Source: Pelagibacteraceae bacterium AG-337-I02 (GTDB lineage Bacteria > Pseudomonadota > Alphaproteobacteria > HIMB59 > GCA-002718135). Taken from it: DNA of 64,000 nucleotides. The notes beneath the pieces were generated by a model. It searched no databases. It was given only the letters and a program-made list of their open reading frames with translations, and was not told the origin of the DNA. Position numbers and translations under genes: made by a program. Shown one piece after another: positions 1-10,173 of this stretch. How positions within the stretch are numbered: the stretch's first letter is position 1; the number at the start of each line of letters is the position of its first letter. The stretch spans positions 172,312 through 236,311 of the forward strand of contig QBZY01000001.1 of assembly GCA_003282155.1 (NCBI GenBank). The letters run 5' to 3'.

Positions 1-594
1 CTTTTTTAATTCAAAAATAATTTTACTATATTCGTTTGTAAAATTTTTGTTCTTATGTTGACCATTAATTTTTTTACCATTTGGATTACCATGCATTTCA
101 CAAAGAACAATATTAATTTTATCCTTATTTTTGATTAACTCAGGTAAAATAGAATATTCAGATCCTTCAATATCTATTTTAATCAAATCAATTTTTTTAA
201 ATGAATTTAAAATTTTAGATATATTTGTAACTTTAACTCTAATTTTTTTATTTTCACTAATATTATCCTTATCTTTTCTTAGGGTTGCACCTTGAATAAA
301 GCGCTTATCATTATTAGCAGCAGCATCTTTATGAAAGTATAGAAAACTATTTCCTGAAAAATTAGACACAGCTAAATTAAATATTTTAATTTTATCATTA
401 TTTACAAATCTTTTTTTCATAAAATTGTAACAAGCAACATTAGGCTCATAAGCATAAATATTACATTTATATTTATTGTAAATATGATCTGTAACTTCAC
501 CGATATTTGCACCAAAATCTAAAATAACAGAATCTTTATTTAGTTTATTATAATTATCGAAAAAATTTAATTTTTTAATTTCACTATTGTTCAT
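1..594 (-). CDS. FkbM-family SAM-dependent methyltransferase (partial; the 3' end runs off the left edge)
   Basis: This ORF is not in the ORF track because it is truncated by the window edge. Reading the minus strand from the ATG (complement of 592-594) gives MNNSEIKKLNFFDNYNKLNKDSVILDFGANIGEVTDHIYNKYKCNIYAYEPN... and, in the same frame, ...DLIKIDIEGSEYS (151-189). LDFGANIGE, YAYEPN and IDIEGSE are hallmark FkbM methyltransferase motifs. Confidence 0.75.
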   Translation of the reverse strand, partial: MNNSEIKKLNFFDNYNKLNKDSVILDFGANIGEVTDHIYNKYKCNIYAYEPNVACYNFMKKRFVNNDKIKIFNLAVSNFSGNSFLYFHKDAAANNDKRFIQGATLRKDKDNISENKKIRVKVTNISKILNSFKKIDLIKIDIEGSEYSILPELIKNKDKINIVLCEMHGNPNGKKINGQHKNKNFTNEYSKIIFELKK

Positions 595-634
595 ATTATA
601 TTTTAGTATGCTAGAATCTTTTCAGTCATAAATA

Positions 635-1594
635 TTAAGTATTTAAAATTGATTTCTCCAAAAGTTCACAGAGATATTTTCTATTATCTTTACTTTCTAG
701 TTCGTTATATTCCCAGTGTAAGAAAGCAATTTTTTTTAAAAAAGTTTCTCTATCTAGCTCTTTTAAATTTTCAATTTCTGCAATATTATTACTAGCTGCA
801 GAAAAGCAAGGCTGCATCTTTGACAAATTAATTACATTTATACCATTGAATAAGGCCTCTACTGTAGATGAGCTATTATAACTTACTACACACTTAATAT
901 TAATAAAATCGTCCTCTAGACTTTCATTTTTTGATGCAAAAACCTTATTTGTTTTACTAAAAAAATTCATTAATAACTTTAAGATTATATCATTGTTCCT
1001 ATTAAGTGGATGGCTACGTAAAATTATATCACGGTCACTGAACTTAAATATATCATTTATACTTCTTATCATAAATTTTAAGTACCCACCCTGATTAAAA
1101 TTTAAATCATTCAATGAAGCATCTGTTGGAATCTGTAATAGAAAAAGTATTTTATCACCCTGTTTTTGATAATCTTTAATATGTAAATTATACTTCTTTT
1201 TTATATCTAACCACCTATTATAACTTGGATCAAACGGAAAATTTTTCTCTCCAGGCAAAATATTGTTCCATGTAAACCGTGGAAAGTAATTTACGTCAAG
1301 ATTTCTTAATTTAGGTATTATACGTAAATAAGTTACATCTCTTATTAATATTGGTTTGTTTAAGGACTTTACTTTATTGTATTTACTAATTAGCTCCTTA
1401 TTGAAAGTTAGCTTAATATCTCCACAGCTTACAAAAAAATCATTTATTTTTAATAATTCTTCTTTAGAGAGTTCCTCTATAATATTAAAAATATTTGTAG
1501 GTTTTGTTGAAAATATTTTTTTAATAAGTTTTAATTGCTCATTTACACGAATATATTTTTCACCATCAAAAAAATTTAAACCACAAATATTCAT
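635..1594 (-). CDS. Capsule-polysaccharide-biosynthesis-like protein (KpsS/KpsC Capsule_synth-like)
   Basis: 319-aa ORF. The blocks KILFLLQIPTDASL, ILRSHP and VVSYNSSSTVEALFNGINVI resemble the conserved blocks of the Capsule_synth (PF05159-type) family. It sits among other glycan genes. Confidence 0.4.
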   Translation of the reverse strand: MNICGLNFFDGEKYIRVNEQLKLIKKIFSTKPTNIFNIIEELSKEELLKINDFFVSCGDIKLTFNKELISKYNKVKSLNKPILIRDVTYLRIIPKLRNLDVNYFPRFTWNNILPGEKNFPFDPSYNRWLDIKKKYNLHIKDYQKQGDKILFLLQIPTDASLNDLNFNQGGYLKFMIRSINDIFKFSDRDIILRSHPLNRNNDIILKLLMNFFSKTNKVFASKNESLEDDFINIKCVVSYNSSSTVEALFNGINVINLSKMQPCFSAASNNIAEIENLKELDRETFLKKIAFLHWEYNELESKDNRKYLCELLEKSILNT

Positions 1595-1713
1595 AGTAAT
1601 ACTAATATCATTATCAGTTTCTTATTTAAACTTAGAAATCTGAATATTTCTTTAAAAGAATATATTAAAAATTTCTTAAATTTATGTAAAATAAAACTTT
1701 TTATAATCTTATT

Positions 1714-2445
1714 ATGAATTCAAAATTTTTAATTATTCAAATAGATATTGGCAAGGGAACTCAATGGGGAGAAAAAACTACAATCGATCCAATAAGAGAA
1801 ATATTTATACCATCTGTTAAATCGTATTGTACAAAAAATAACTATGACTATGTTTTAATTAAAGAAAGTCGATATGAAAAAGATTACGGACACTTTGATT
1901 TTCTTGAAACTAAAAATAAACATTACTCTTTTGAAAGATATTTTCATTTCGACAATGAATATGATTTTACAATATATATAGATAATGATGTTTACATCTA
2001 TCCAGATGCCCAAGAACTGCCAAATATTAAAGGTTTAATGAATTCAAGAGAACCTGAAAGTAACAGTTCAAAAATTTTCAGAGAGGTAAATAATTTGAAC
2101 ACAAATTATCGATATTATAATTCAGGGGTAACATTTTGTGATAACATTACTGCAAAAAAATTATCTAATTACATGATTAATAGATTAAATAATAATCAAA
2201 GATCTAGGGGAAAAAATTCAGATAATATGCTCTTAAATGAATATATACTTAGTAACAAAAAAATATTTAAAGAACTAGGTGCTGAATGGAATTATATGCC
2301 ATTTTTGCCTAACTCCCCCAAAATTCTAAAACCAAATTTTTTTCACTTTGTTGGAATAATTGGTAAAAAAATTATCAATGAATTACAAAGAAATAAAATT
2401 AGCATAACTCAATTTTTACAAGAAATCAAAAACAAGCAAGATTAA
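1714..2445 (+). CDS. Putative GT-A fold glycosyltransferase (GT8-like)
   Basis: 243-aa ORF with a DxD-like IYIDNDVYIY motif and a YYNSGVTF block reminiscent of GT8 NSGV motifs. No closer assignment is possible by eye. Confidence 0.4.
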   Translation: MNSKFLIIQIDIGKGTQWGEKTTIDPIREIFIPSVKSYCTKNNYDYVLIKESRYEKDYGHFDFLETKNKHYSFERYFHFDNEYDFTIYIDNDVYIYPDAQELPNIKGLMNSREPESNSSKIFREVNNLNTNYRYYNSGVTFCDNITAKKLSNYMINRLNNNQRSRGKNSDNMLLNEYILSNKKIFKELGAEWNYMPFLPNSPKILKPNFFHFVGIIGKKIINELQRNKISITQFLQEIKNKQD

Positions 2446-2469
2446 TTTAAACATTTAACACATTAGTTA

Positions 2470-3072
2470 TTAATTAGATTTCATACCAATTCTAATATTA
2501 AAACTAATTACAATTCTTTCATTTTTAGAAAGATTTTCATTTACTGAGTGATCTAAATAACTAGGAAATAAAACTAGTGCTCCTTCTTTAGGACTTATTG
2601 CGTTCACTTGTGCATTCAAGGAATTTGGTTGCTTGGCATTCGGGTAAGAATAAACTGGTGCAGGTCTAGGATCATAAAAAACAATATCACCAGAATTTTC
2701 TGGTGCTCTTACATAGTATGCTCCACTTATTGTGCTATTTCCATGCTGATGTCTAAGATTTGCTGATCCACCTATATTAACGATAGCCCACATATTATCA
2801 ATCTTAGCTAATTGTTTTTCTTTATCCCAGTTCATATCAATCATTACTTGTTCTATTGAGGATGATATAAACGAAATAAAGTTTTGAGGCTCTTTTTCAG
2901 TAAGGTTAAAATCTTTAGAATGCCAGCCTTTTATATTACTTTTGTTTATTCCAGGCCCATCTACTTTCTGCTGCATCTTAATGTAATTATACATTTCTTG
3001 ATTAATCAATTTGTAATTTTCTAATTGTATTGCCCATACTGGAGTAGGAAAAAAAAGATTTGCTTTAACCAT
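2470..3072 (-). CDS. 2OG-Fe(II) oxygenase-like protein (TIGR02466 / 2OG-FeII_Oxy_5-like)
   Basis: 200-aa ORF with LRHQHGNSTISGAYYV ... DIVFYDPRP ... LVLFPSYLDHSV ... RIVISFN. This matches the His...His facial-triad layout and the C-terminal RiSisFN block typical of that family. Confidence 0.6.
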   Translation of the reverse strand: MVKANLFFPTPVWAIQLENYKLINQEMYNYIKMQQKVDGPGINKSNIKGWHSKDFNLTEKEPQNFISFISSSIEQVMIDMNWDKEKQLAKIDNMWAIVNIGGSANLRHQHGNSTISGAYYVRAPENSGDIVFYDPRPAPVYSYPNAKQPNSLNAQVNAISPKEGALVLFPSYLDHSVNENLSKNERIVISFNIRIGMKSN

Positions 3073-3295
3073 ACTTACTTCATATATTAATTTATGCTTT
3101 CAGTAAATAAATCAAAAAATTAAAAGAATAAAGATAAGAAAAAACTCAAAAATTAAATATTAAAATATTTTTTTATAAGACTAATAGTTGAAACAATTCT
3201 TTGGTGATGTTTATTAAAATTTTTTCTTCCAGAAGTAATAGGAGAATACTTCTTTACTAAAAGACGTATATATAACGGAATTTCCCTTTTATTTT

Positions 3296-4213
3296 TCAAT
3301 GTTTAAACAATCTATTTTTAACAAAATAAAGAGAGACCTTTTTTTTATTTGCAAAATCAATAATATTTTTATCATTTATTGAACCACTTGGTTGAGCAAT
3401 AATTTTACATCCATTTTTATTTAATAAATTAATACCATCTGTAAATGGGAAAAAACCGTCAGATGCACAAACAAATGATTTTTTTTTGAAATAATTATAT
3501 TTGTTTTTGATTGCAAAGTTTAGGGCATCAATCCTATTAGTTTGACCATGACCTAGGCCAACAGTTTGTTTATTTTTAGCTAAAACTATTGAATTTGACT
3601 TTAAATGTTTAACTACTTTTAAAGAAAATAACAGATCCTCTATCAACTTAGATGAGCATTTTTTTTGGGAGACAAGACTTATAAAATTCTTATTAATAAG
3701 CACTAAATCTCTAGATTGATATATTTCACCAAATAAAGTAGATCTCTGCTCTGATACATATTTTTTAATTTTTGGAATAATTATTAAAATTAAGTTTTTT
3801 TTCTTTTTTAGCAAATTTATTGCATCCTCATCAAAATCAGTTGCAGCAACCATCTCATAAAAATTTTTTATAATTTTCTCTGCAAGATATAAATTTACCT
3901 TTCTATTTAAAAAGACTATGCCACCGAATGCACTTTTAGGATCACTTTCATAAGATTTTTCAAAAGCTTTAGTTATATTTTTTGAAGAAGCGACACCGCA
4001 TGGATTTGTGTGTTTAATGATTATAGAAGTTGGTTCACTAAACTCGTTTAAACACTTTAGGCCGCTATCAAGATCAATTATATTATTGTAACTTATTTTT
4101 TTACCACTTATTTGATATTCTAAAATTGATTTTTTGTTTCTACTTATAAGGTAAGCTCTTTGATTAGGATTTTCACCATATCGTAATTTTTTTTTATTTC
4201 CTTTACTTTTCAT
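3296..4213 (-). CDS. purH: AICAR formyltransferase domain of PurH (C-terminal part, encoded as a separate ORF)
   Basis: 305-aa ORF with LRYGENPNQRAY, IIKHTNPCGVA, DPKSAFGGIV, GLGHGQTNRIDA and IIAQPSGSINDK, which are canonical AICARFT motifs. It begins inside the 3' end of the upstream MGS-domain ORF. Confidence 0.85.
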   Translation of the reverse strand: MKSKGNKKKLRYGENPNQRAYLISRNKKSILEYQISGKKISYNNIIDLDSGLKCLNEFSEPTSIIIKHTNPCGVASSKNITKAFEKSYESDPKSAFGGIVFLNRKVNLYLAEKIIKNFYEMVAATDFDEDAINLLKKKKNLILIIIPKIKKYVSEQRSTLFGEIYQSRDLVLINKNFISLVSQKKCSSKLIEDLLFSLKVVKHLKSNSIVLAKNKQTVGLGHGQTNRIDALNFAIKNKYNYFKKKSFVCASDGFFPFTDGINLLNKNGCKIIAQPSGSINDKNIIDFANKKKVSLYFVKNRLFKH

Positions 4214-4802
4214 TAAACCAATCAGAAATTACTTTATCATATTTAGATGTTTCTCTAAAAATCTTCAATGCCATCCTTCTTCTAAAGACAATATCTGTTA
4301 CTCCATTATTTTTTTCTATATTCTTTATTACTTTTGGATAATCTTTATGATCGATTATTGGTGTAATATATTTATAATTTTTACCTGCTGCCCTTAATAA
4401 ACTAGGCCCACCAATATCTATCATTTCAATTATTTTTTTATTTTTACTTTTTTTAGAAAACTTTCCAAATGGATACAAATTAACTACGACGATATCAATT
4501 TTAGGAAAATTTAAATTTTTAAATTGTTTTGCATGTATTTTATTATCTCTAATATATAACAAAGAACTATATATCAGAGAATTTAAAGTTTTAACCCTTC
4601 CATTAAACATCTCTTTTGTTTTAGTAAGTTTTGATACATCTTTACATTTAAATCCCATTGATCGAATTTTATCAGCAGTTGACCCTGTTGATATAAAATA
4701 AAATTTATGTTTGGCTAAATTTGAACAAAGATACTTTAAGTTTTTTTTTTCAAAAACAGATATTAAAGCAAACTTTTTTTCTATATTTTTTCCAACGACC
4801 AT
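4203..4802 (-). CDS. purH: IMP cyclohydrolase (MGS-like) domain of PurH (N-terminal part, encoded as a separate ORF)
   Basis: 199-aa ORF with ALISVFEKKNL, ISTGSTADKI, FNGRVKTLN, VVVNLYPF and IDIGGPSLLRAAGKN, which are canonical PurH N-domain motifs. It stops at TAA (complement of 4203-4205), in the linker upstream of the LRYGENP block. Confidence 0.85.
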   Translation of the reverse strand: MVVGKNIEKKFALISVFEKKNLKYLCSNLAKHKFYFISTGSTADKIRSMGFKCKDVSKLTKTKEMFNGRVKTLNSLIYSSLLYIRDNKIHAKQFKNLNFPKIDIVVVNLYPFGKFSKKSKNKKIIEMIDIGGPSLLRAAGKNYKYITPIIDHKDYPKVIKNIEKNNGVTDIVFRRRMALKIFRETSKYDKVISDWFNEK

Positions 4803-6310
4803 TTTTTTATAACTTTCTTATCAGTAATTACACCTTTAATAACAATTTGTTTTGTAAGTTTGGTAATATTATTATCAACTATAATACTATCTTCTACTAA
4901 TAACTCAGTTTCACTTTTAAATAACCAAATATTGTTCAATTTAGTTTTTAAAATTATATTTTTTTTATTATTTGTAAAATTAAAAGTTATTTCATCTGCT
5001 AAATGAAATCTTATATGGTAAATTATTCTATTATTATTTTTTTTATACGAAATTAAACTATCTTCGCCTAACAACTTATTTTCTTTTTTACCGACAATCA
5101 ACTTTCTCTTAACTATTTTATTAAATTTATTTAAGTAACCATTATGTGATCCCTCAAATATTTCATCGTTAAGATCACTTTCTTTTTGAAAAACTACAGA
5201 TTGAGGGAATTTTTTGTGAGGATTTCGCTCCATAATTTCACTTATATTTGTATTTTGTAATATAATAGTTGAATGAGCAGCACTGTATCTTAAATACTCT
5301 GGGTTCTTGCCTGAGCTTTCTGATGCTCCACAATTAGTAATTATTTTTTCTCCAAATCCACTTAGTTCAAATGACAAAGTTCCAGCATTTAAATTTGAAC
5401 TTACTTTATCTTGATTTGGCTGAACAACATCAAAAAAAATTTTCATATTGTTATCAGAATAAAAAGCAATACCATTATTATTCGAAAATTCTCTTTTCTT
5501 TAGATATGTGTTTTTATTTAATGAATCAGTAATTACCTTCGTATATGAATTATTTGATCCATTAAATAATGGAAGAGTTCCATCATCATGAAAGTATTGT
5601 TTCAGAGTTGAAGTCATTTTTAGAATTATAGTATCCATAGTATTGGCATTATTTATTTTAAAAAATAAAAATATATTTTTTATTTCATTTAAATTATTTA
5701 TAAATTTTGCATGTTCTAACAAGTTATAACTTTTATGAATACCTAATTTATCAATTTGTTTCTCAACTATAAACTTTATGAACATTAATTTTTTATCATT
5801 AAATTTCTTTAATAATAAAGATGATAACAAAAATGCAAGTATATCGAATGAAGTTATTTCACTAATTTGTTTTGTATTAAAATCAAACAACGTTCTTTGT
5901 ATATGATTATAGATTATACTATCTAGTTTTTTTCTATCCGCCAATGTTGATGATGAGTTAACATATTCATAATTATATAATAGATTTATTAATCTTCTTG
6001 ATGATAAATCTTCAGACCAAGGATAATCCATCTTATTTTTATTTATTGAATACCAACCATAAATTGATTCTTTAGATAAGTTGATACCAATTTTACCACC
6101 AAGTTTACTTGAAAAATTTAGAAAATCAAAACTATGTATATTTCTATTTTTTATAACAAAAAATTTTTTTTTAAAAATAAAACTCTTAATTTGATTATAA
6201 TTTGTGAAATCAACTTCCCTAAAATTAAGATCTAAAAATGATATATTTTTTTTTGATATAATTTTTAGATAAATAAAAATATAAAATATTTTTCTAATTA
6301 CTAATATCAT
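4781..6310 (-). CDS. Heparinase II/III-like family protein
   Basis: 509-aa ORF. The C-terminal region LNAGTLSFELSGFGEKIITNCG...LRYSAAHSTIILQN resembles the heparinase II/III C-terminal domain. The position between rsmB and purH matches an arrangement I recall as recurrent in Alphaproteobacteria. Confidence 0.45.
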   Translation of the reverse strand: MILVIRKIFYIFIYLKIISKKNISFLDLNFREVDFTNYNQIKSFIFKKKFFVIKNRNIHSFDFLNFSSKLGGKIGINLSKESIYGWYSINKNKMDYPWSEDLSSRRLINLLYNYEYVNSSSTLADRKKLDSIIYNHIQRTLFDFNTKQISEITSFDILAFLLSSLLLKKFNDKKLMFIKFIVEKQIDKLGIHKSYNLLEHAKFINNLNEIKNIFLFFKINNANTMDTIILKMTSTLKQYFHDDGTLPLFNGSNNSYTKVITDSLNKNTYLKKREFSNNNGIAFYSDNNMKIFFDVVQPNQDKVSSNLNAGTLSFELSGFGEKIITNCGASESSGKNPEYLRYSAAHSTIILQNTNISEIMERNPHKKFPQSVVFQKESDLNDEIFEGSHNGYLNKFNKIVKRKLIVGKKENKLLGEDSLISYKKNNNRIIYHIRFHLADEITFNFTNNKKNIILKTKLNNIWLFKSETELLVEDSIIVDNNITKLTKQIVIKGVITDKKVIKKWSLEKI

Positions 6311-7572
6311 TTTTTTTTCAAATAAGCAGCAAAATATCCATCGATATTGTGTTTTGAAATTGCACTTGGTTGCGTGATCATATAATTATTCTTAATAAAA
6401 TCAGAGTATTTTTTAACTTGTTTATTTTTTTCAAAATAATACAGTCTAAAGTTGTTATTTTCTTCAAGAAATTTGTTTATTTGATCCTCTGTTTCCACCT
6501 TTAAAAAAGAACAAACCATATAAAGAATTATGCCCTCACCTCTCAATAATCTTGAAGCCTTATCTAACATTTGTTTTTGAATTTTAATTAAATCTTTCAA
6601 TCTAGGTGGTTTGATCTTAAAAAATATTTCTGGATTTTTTCTAATAGTTCCTACAGCTGTACAAGGTGCATCAATAATTATAAAATCATATTTTTCTTTT
6701 TCATAAAATTTAGTAAAATCTTTATTAATTATTTTAGCATCAAATTTTAATCTCTTCAAATTAGTTTTGAGTTTCTCGATTCTAACATTACTTATATCAT
6801 TTAGGTTAACATCTAAATTCTTTGATAATAATTGAAATGATTTTCCTCCAGGTGCAGAACATGCATCCAATATTTTTTTGTTTTTGATTTCTATAGGAAG
6901 GTTATATATTGGAAAAAAAGAAGAAAAATCTTGAACCCACCAATATCCCTTGTCAAATGATCTTAATTTCATTAGATTTTCTTTTTCTAGAGGAAAACCA
7001 GAAATATCAGAGGTCTTATATATTTTTTTTTCAAATGAATTTAATTTTTCTTTGTCTTTAAAAACTATATGAAGGTCAGGTTGTTTATTAAAATTATCAA
7101 GAAAATTTTGCTTATCGTTATTGTTTAATGATCTATTATTTATTTTAAACCAGTCAGGTAGATCATCATAAATAATTTTTACTTTTTTTAAATCAACCTT
7201 ATTTTTAGAAATATTTTTTAAAACAGCATTAATTAATCCTGGATATATTTTTAATTTTTTTGCTATTTCTACAGAACAGTTAATTACAGCATAATCTTTA
7301 AAACTCAAGAAAACAATTTGAGCAATTGCACTTAGTAATAATATTTTTTCATGATCTCTTAATTTTTTTTTAACATATCTATTAATTATTTTTTCTATAT
7401 GCAAATGATATCTCATAGATGTTAATGTTACATTTATCAAAAAAGAAATATCAGCATCACTATGTTTATTTATTTTTTTTTTAATTTCTTGACTATCTAA
7501 ATTTTTATTAAACTTGTAGATTGAATACAAAACACTATGAATATCTAATCTAATCTTTTCACCTTTAATCAT
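6307..7572 (-). CDS. rsmB: 16S rRNA (cytosine967-C5)-methyltransferase RsmB/Sun
   Basis: 421-aa ORF with an N-terminal NusB-like region, the SAM motif DACSAPGGKS and the catalytic block IIIDAPCTAVGTIRKNPE. Confidence 0.85.
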   Translation of the reverse strand: MIKGEKIRLDIHSVLYSIYKFNKNLDSQEIKKKINKHSDADISFLINVTLTSMRYHLHIEKIINRYVKKKLRDHEKILLLSAIAQIVFLSFKDYAVINCSVEIAKKLKIYPGLINAVLKNISKNKVDLKKVKIIYDDLPDWFKINNRSLNNNDKQNFLDNFNKQPDLHIVFKDKEKLNSFEKKIYKTSDISGFPLEKENLMKLRSFDKGYWWVQDFSSFFPIYNLPIEIKNKKILDACSAPGGKSFQLLSKNLDVNLNDISNVRIEKLKTNLKRLKFDAKIINKDFTKFYEKEKYDFIIIDAPCTAVGTIRKNPEIFFKIKPPRLKDLIKIQKQMLDKASRLLRGEGIILYMVCSFLKVETEDQINKFLEENNNFRLYYFEKNKQVKKYSDFIKNNYMITQPSAISKHNIDGYFAAYLKKK

Positions 7573-7641
7573 TTAATTTATAATTTATTGTTTAATAAAA
7601 TTAATTATATAATAATTTCTAAAAATAAAATATATTGACTT

Positions 7642-8193
7642 ATGCGAGGTAATCTAGAGACTATAGTAGGTGCAATGTTTGCAGGAAAAACAAGCGAACT
7701 TCTTAAAAGAATTCTTTGGGCTAAACACCAAAATAAAAAAATTATAGTTATCAAACCTAGTATCGATAATAGATATTCAAATGAAAAAATTATAACACAT
7801 AACGATTTAAGTCATGATTGCTATGCAATGAGTAATTGGAATAATGCTCTTGAGGAATTTATTTTTGAAAAAAGTAAAGTTGACATGGTATTTCTAGATG
7901 AGATTCAGTTTATGGATACCAAAGACACTCTGAATAATGTTGAAATAATTTTAAATAATGGCATTGATGTAGTTTGCGCAGGTCTAGATCAAGACTCTAG
8001 AGGAAAACCCTGGGAAACATCTTCAATGCTTCTTGGTCTATCAGATAAAATAGTAAAGATTTACGGTTTTTGTAATGTTTGTGGCTTTGAAGCTACTAAA
8101 ACTTTTAGAAAAACAGAAGGTGGTGAAAGAACTCAAGTCGGGGCTGCAAATATTTATGAGCCCAGATGTTTAAAACATTGGGAACCTAGGTAA
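7642..8193 (+). CDS. tdk: Thymidine kinase
   Basis: 183-aa ORF with the P-loop GAMFAGKTSELL, FLDEIQF and the C-terminal zinc-ribbon-like C..C...C of type II TK. Confidence 0.9.
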   Translation: MRGNLETIVGAMFAGKTSELLKRILWAKHQNKKIIVIKPSIDNRYSNEKIITHNDLSHDCYAMSNWNNALEEFIFEKSKVDMVFLDEIQFMDTKDTLNNVEIILNNGIDVVCAGLDQDSRGKPWETSSMLLGLSDKIVKIYGFCNVCGFEATKTFRKTEGGERTQVGAANIYEPRCLKHWEPR

Positions 8194-8196
8194 GTT

Positions 8197-10119
8197 TTAT
8201 TTATTTTTTCTATTTTCAATTAAGTCATCTACAACTGATGGATCTGCCAGTGTTGAAGTATCTCCAAGATTTTCAAAATCATTTGATGCTATTTTTCTTA
8301 AAATTCTTCTCATTATTTTACCTGATCTTGTCTTAGGTAAACCATTAGTGATATGTATAAAATCAGGAGTAGCAATTGGACCAATTCTTTCTCTAATAGT
8401 TTTTTTCAATTCTAGAACTAATTCATCCGAAGAATCCACACCAACTTTGAGAGACACATAACAATATAAACCATTACCTTTTATTTCATTAGGATACCCA
8501 ACTACAGCTGCTTCAGAAACATCTTTATGTGATACAAATGCACTTTCAATTTCAGCGGTGCCTAAGTTATGACCTGAAACTATTATCACATCATCAACTC
8601 TTCCTGTGATCCAATAATATCCATCCTTATCTCTTTTACAACCATCACCAGTAAAATATTTTCCATCAAATTGAGAAAAATAGGTATCAATAAACCTTTT
8701 ATGATCACCATAAACAGTTCGCATTTGACCTGGCCAAGATCTTTTCATGCACAACATACCCTCACACTCGCCTTCTAATTCTTTACCTTCCTTATCAACA
8801 ATGCATGGTTCTATACCAAAGAAAGGTTTTGAAGCTGAACCTGGTTTCAATTTTATAGCACCAGTTTGAGGTGATATTAAAATTCCTCCTGTTTCAGTTT
8901 GCCACCAAGTATCTACAATTGGACATTTTGAACTACCTGGTACCTCATAGTACCACTTCCACGCTTCTGGGTTTATAGGCTCTCCAACTGTTCCCAAAAG
9001 TCTTAACGATGATCTGTCAGTTTTTGCAACAAAATCATCACCCTCTCTCATTAACGCTCTTATAGCAGTAGGAGCTGTGTAAAATATATTTACCTTATGT
9101 TTATCAACTATTTGCCAAAATCTAGAAAAGTCAGGATAATTTGGGACACCTTCAAACATTAAAGTTGTTGCGCCATTTGCAAGTGGTCCGTAGATTATAT
9201 AACTGTGACCAGTAATCCATCCTATATCTGCAGTACACCAATATATATCTCCAGCATTATAATTAAATATATATTCATGTGTCATTGAGGCATAAACTAT
9301 ATACCCACCTGATGTATGCATAACACCTTTTGGTTTACCAGTTGATCCCGAGGTATACAAAATGAATAAGGGATCTTCAGCATTTAAAACTTCTGGTTCA
9401 CAAATGCTATCAACTTCTTTTATGAGATCATCATAAAATAAATCTCTATCTTTTTTTAATTTTATATCTTTATTTGTTCTTTTAACAACTAAACATTTTT
9501 TTACATCAGGACATGTTTCTAGCGCTTTATCTGTTGTAAATTTCAAAGGAATAGTTTTTCCACCTCTAATACCTTCATCTGCTGTCACTACATACTCTGA
9601 TTTACAATCTTTAATTCTACCAGCTATAGACTCAGCAGAAAAGCCTCCAAAAATGATAGAGTGTACAGCGCCAATTCTTGCACAAGCTAACATAATATAA
9701 GCTAGCTCAGGTATCATTGTTAAGTATATTGTTACTCTATCACCTTTTCTTACGCCAATTTTTTTAAGTACATTTGCTGCTTTTGAAACATTTATTAGGA
9801 GGTCTCTGTAGGTTAGTTTCATTGTTTGATTTGGATCATCACCTTCCCAAATTATAGCAACTTTATCAGGATTATTTTCAGCATGCCTATCAATACAATT
9901 ATAAGACACATTAAGATTGCCGTCCTCAAACCATTTAATACTAACATCATCTTTAGAATATTTTATATTTTTTATTTTTGTAAATTTTTTAACCCAATCA
10001 ACTCTTTGTGCTTGATCTGCCCAAAATTCATCATTGTTTTGAAGAGAATTATCATACATTGAAGAATATTTTTCTTCATTAACTTTTGCATATTCAAGCC
10101 ATTCTTTTTTAATTTCCAT
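8197..10119 (-). CDS. acs: Acetyl-CoA synthetase
   Basis: 640-aa ORF with the AMP-binding motif [19 protein letters not shown], the [10 protein letters not shown] block and the C-terminal [11 protein letters not shown]. The length and N-terminus are typical of Acs. Confidence 0.95.
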   Translation of the reverse strand: MEIKKEWLEYAKVNEEKYSSMYDNSLQNNDEFWADQAQRVDWVKKFTKIKNIKYSKDDVSIKWFEDGNLNVSYNCIDRHAENNPDKVAIIWEGDDPNQTMKLTYRDLLINVSKAANVLKKIGVRKGDRVTIYLTMIPELAYIMLACARIGAVHSIIFGGFSAESIAGRIKDCKSEYVVTADEGIRGGKTIPLKFTTDKALETCPDVKKCLVVKRTNKDIKLKKDRDLFYDDLIKEVDSICEPEVLNAEDPLFILYTSGSTGKPKGVMHTSGGYIVYASMTHEYIFNYNAGDIYWCTADIGWITGHSYIIYGPLANGATTLMFEGVPNYPDFSRFWQIVDKHKVNIFYTAPTAIRALMREGDDFVAKTDRSSLRLLGTVGEPINPEAWKWYYEVPGSSKCPIVDTWWQTETGGILISPQTGAIKLKPGSASKPFFGIEPCIVDKEGKELEGECEGMLCMKRSWPGQMRTVYGDHKRFIDTYFSQFDGKYFTGDGCKRDKDGYYWITGRVDDVIIVSGHNLGTAEIESAFVSHKDVSEAAVVGYPNEIKGNGLYCYVSLKVGVDSSDELVLELKKTIRERIGPIATPDFIHITNGLPKTRSGKIMRRILRKIASNDFENLGDTSTLADPSVVDDLIENRKNK

Positions 10120-10173
10120 ATTAAAAGAGTAATTCTAATTTATTTAAATATCAACAAGTAATTTTTTTTTTAG

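Noticed and set aside
3073-3295. Possible small ORFs or an ncRNA in the 223-nt spacer between the 2OG-Fe oxygenase gene and purH.
   Set aside because: The only open frame is a 17-codon plus-strand ORF (MFIKIFSSRSNRRILLY) with no SD. There is no stable secondary structure or GC enrichment.
9826-10062. This and many other 60-155-aa ORFs antisense to or overlapping confidently assigned genes. Examples: 1356-1643, 10980-11213, 11265-11531, 13588-13776, 14856-15053, 15171-15464, 16933-17286, 19043-19237, 19411-19620, 19669-19968, 25687-26013, 29102-29386, 30339-30617, 38687-38935, 40137-40349, 42743-43018, 42933-43199, 44332-44514, 45200-45412, 47286-47480, 49229-49492, 49781-49999, 50780-51110, 56948-57444, 57835-58284, 59311-59778, 60012-60203, 61156-61362, 62207-62625, 63030-63656.
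   Set aside because: They are shadow ORFs inside well-supported genes. Their sequences are low-complexity or hydrophobic junk typical of antisense frames in AT-rich DNA, and they have no recognisable motifs or independent signals.
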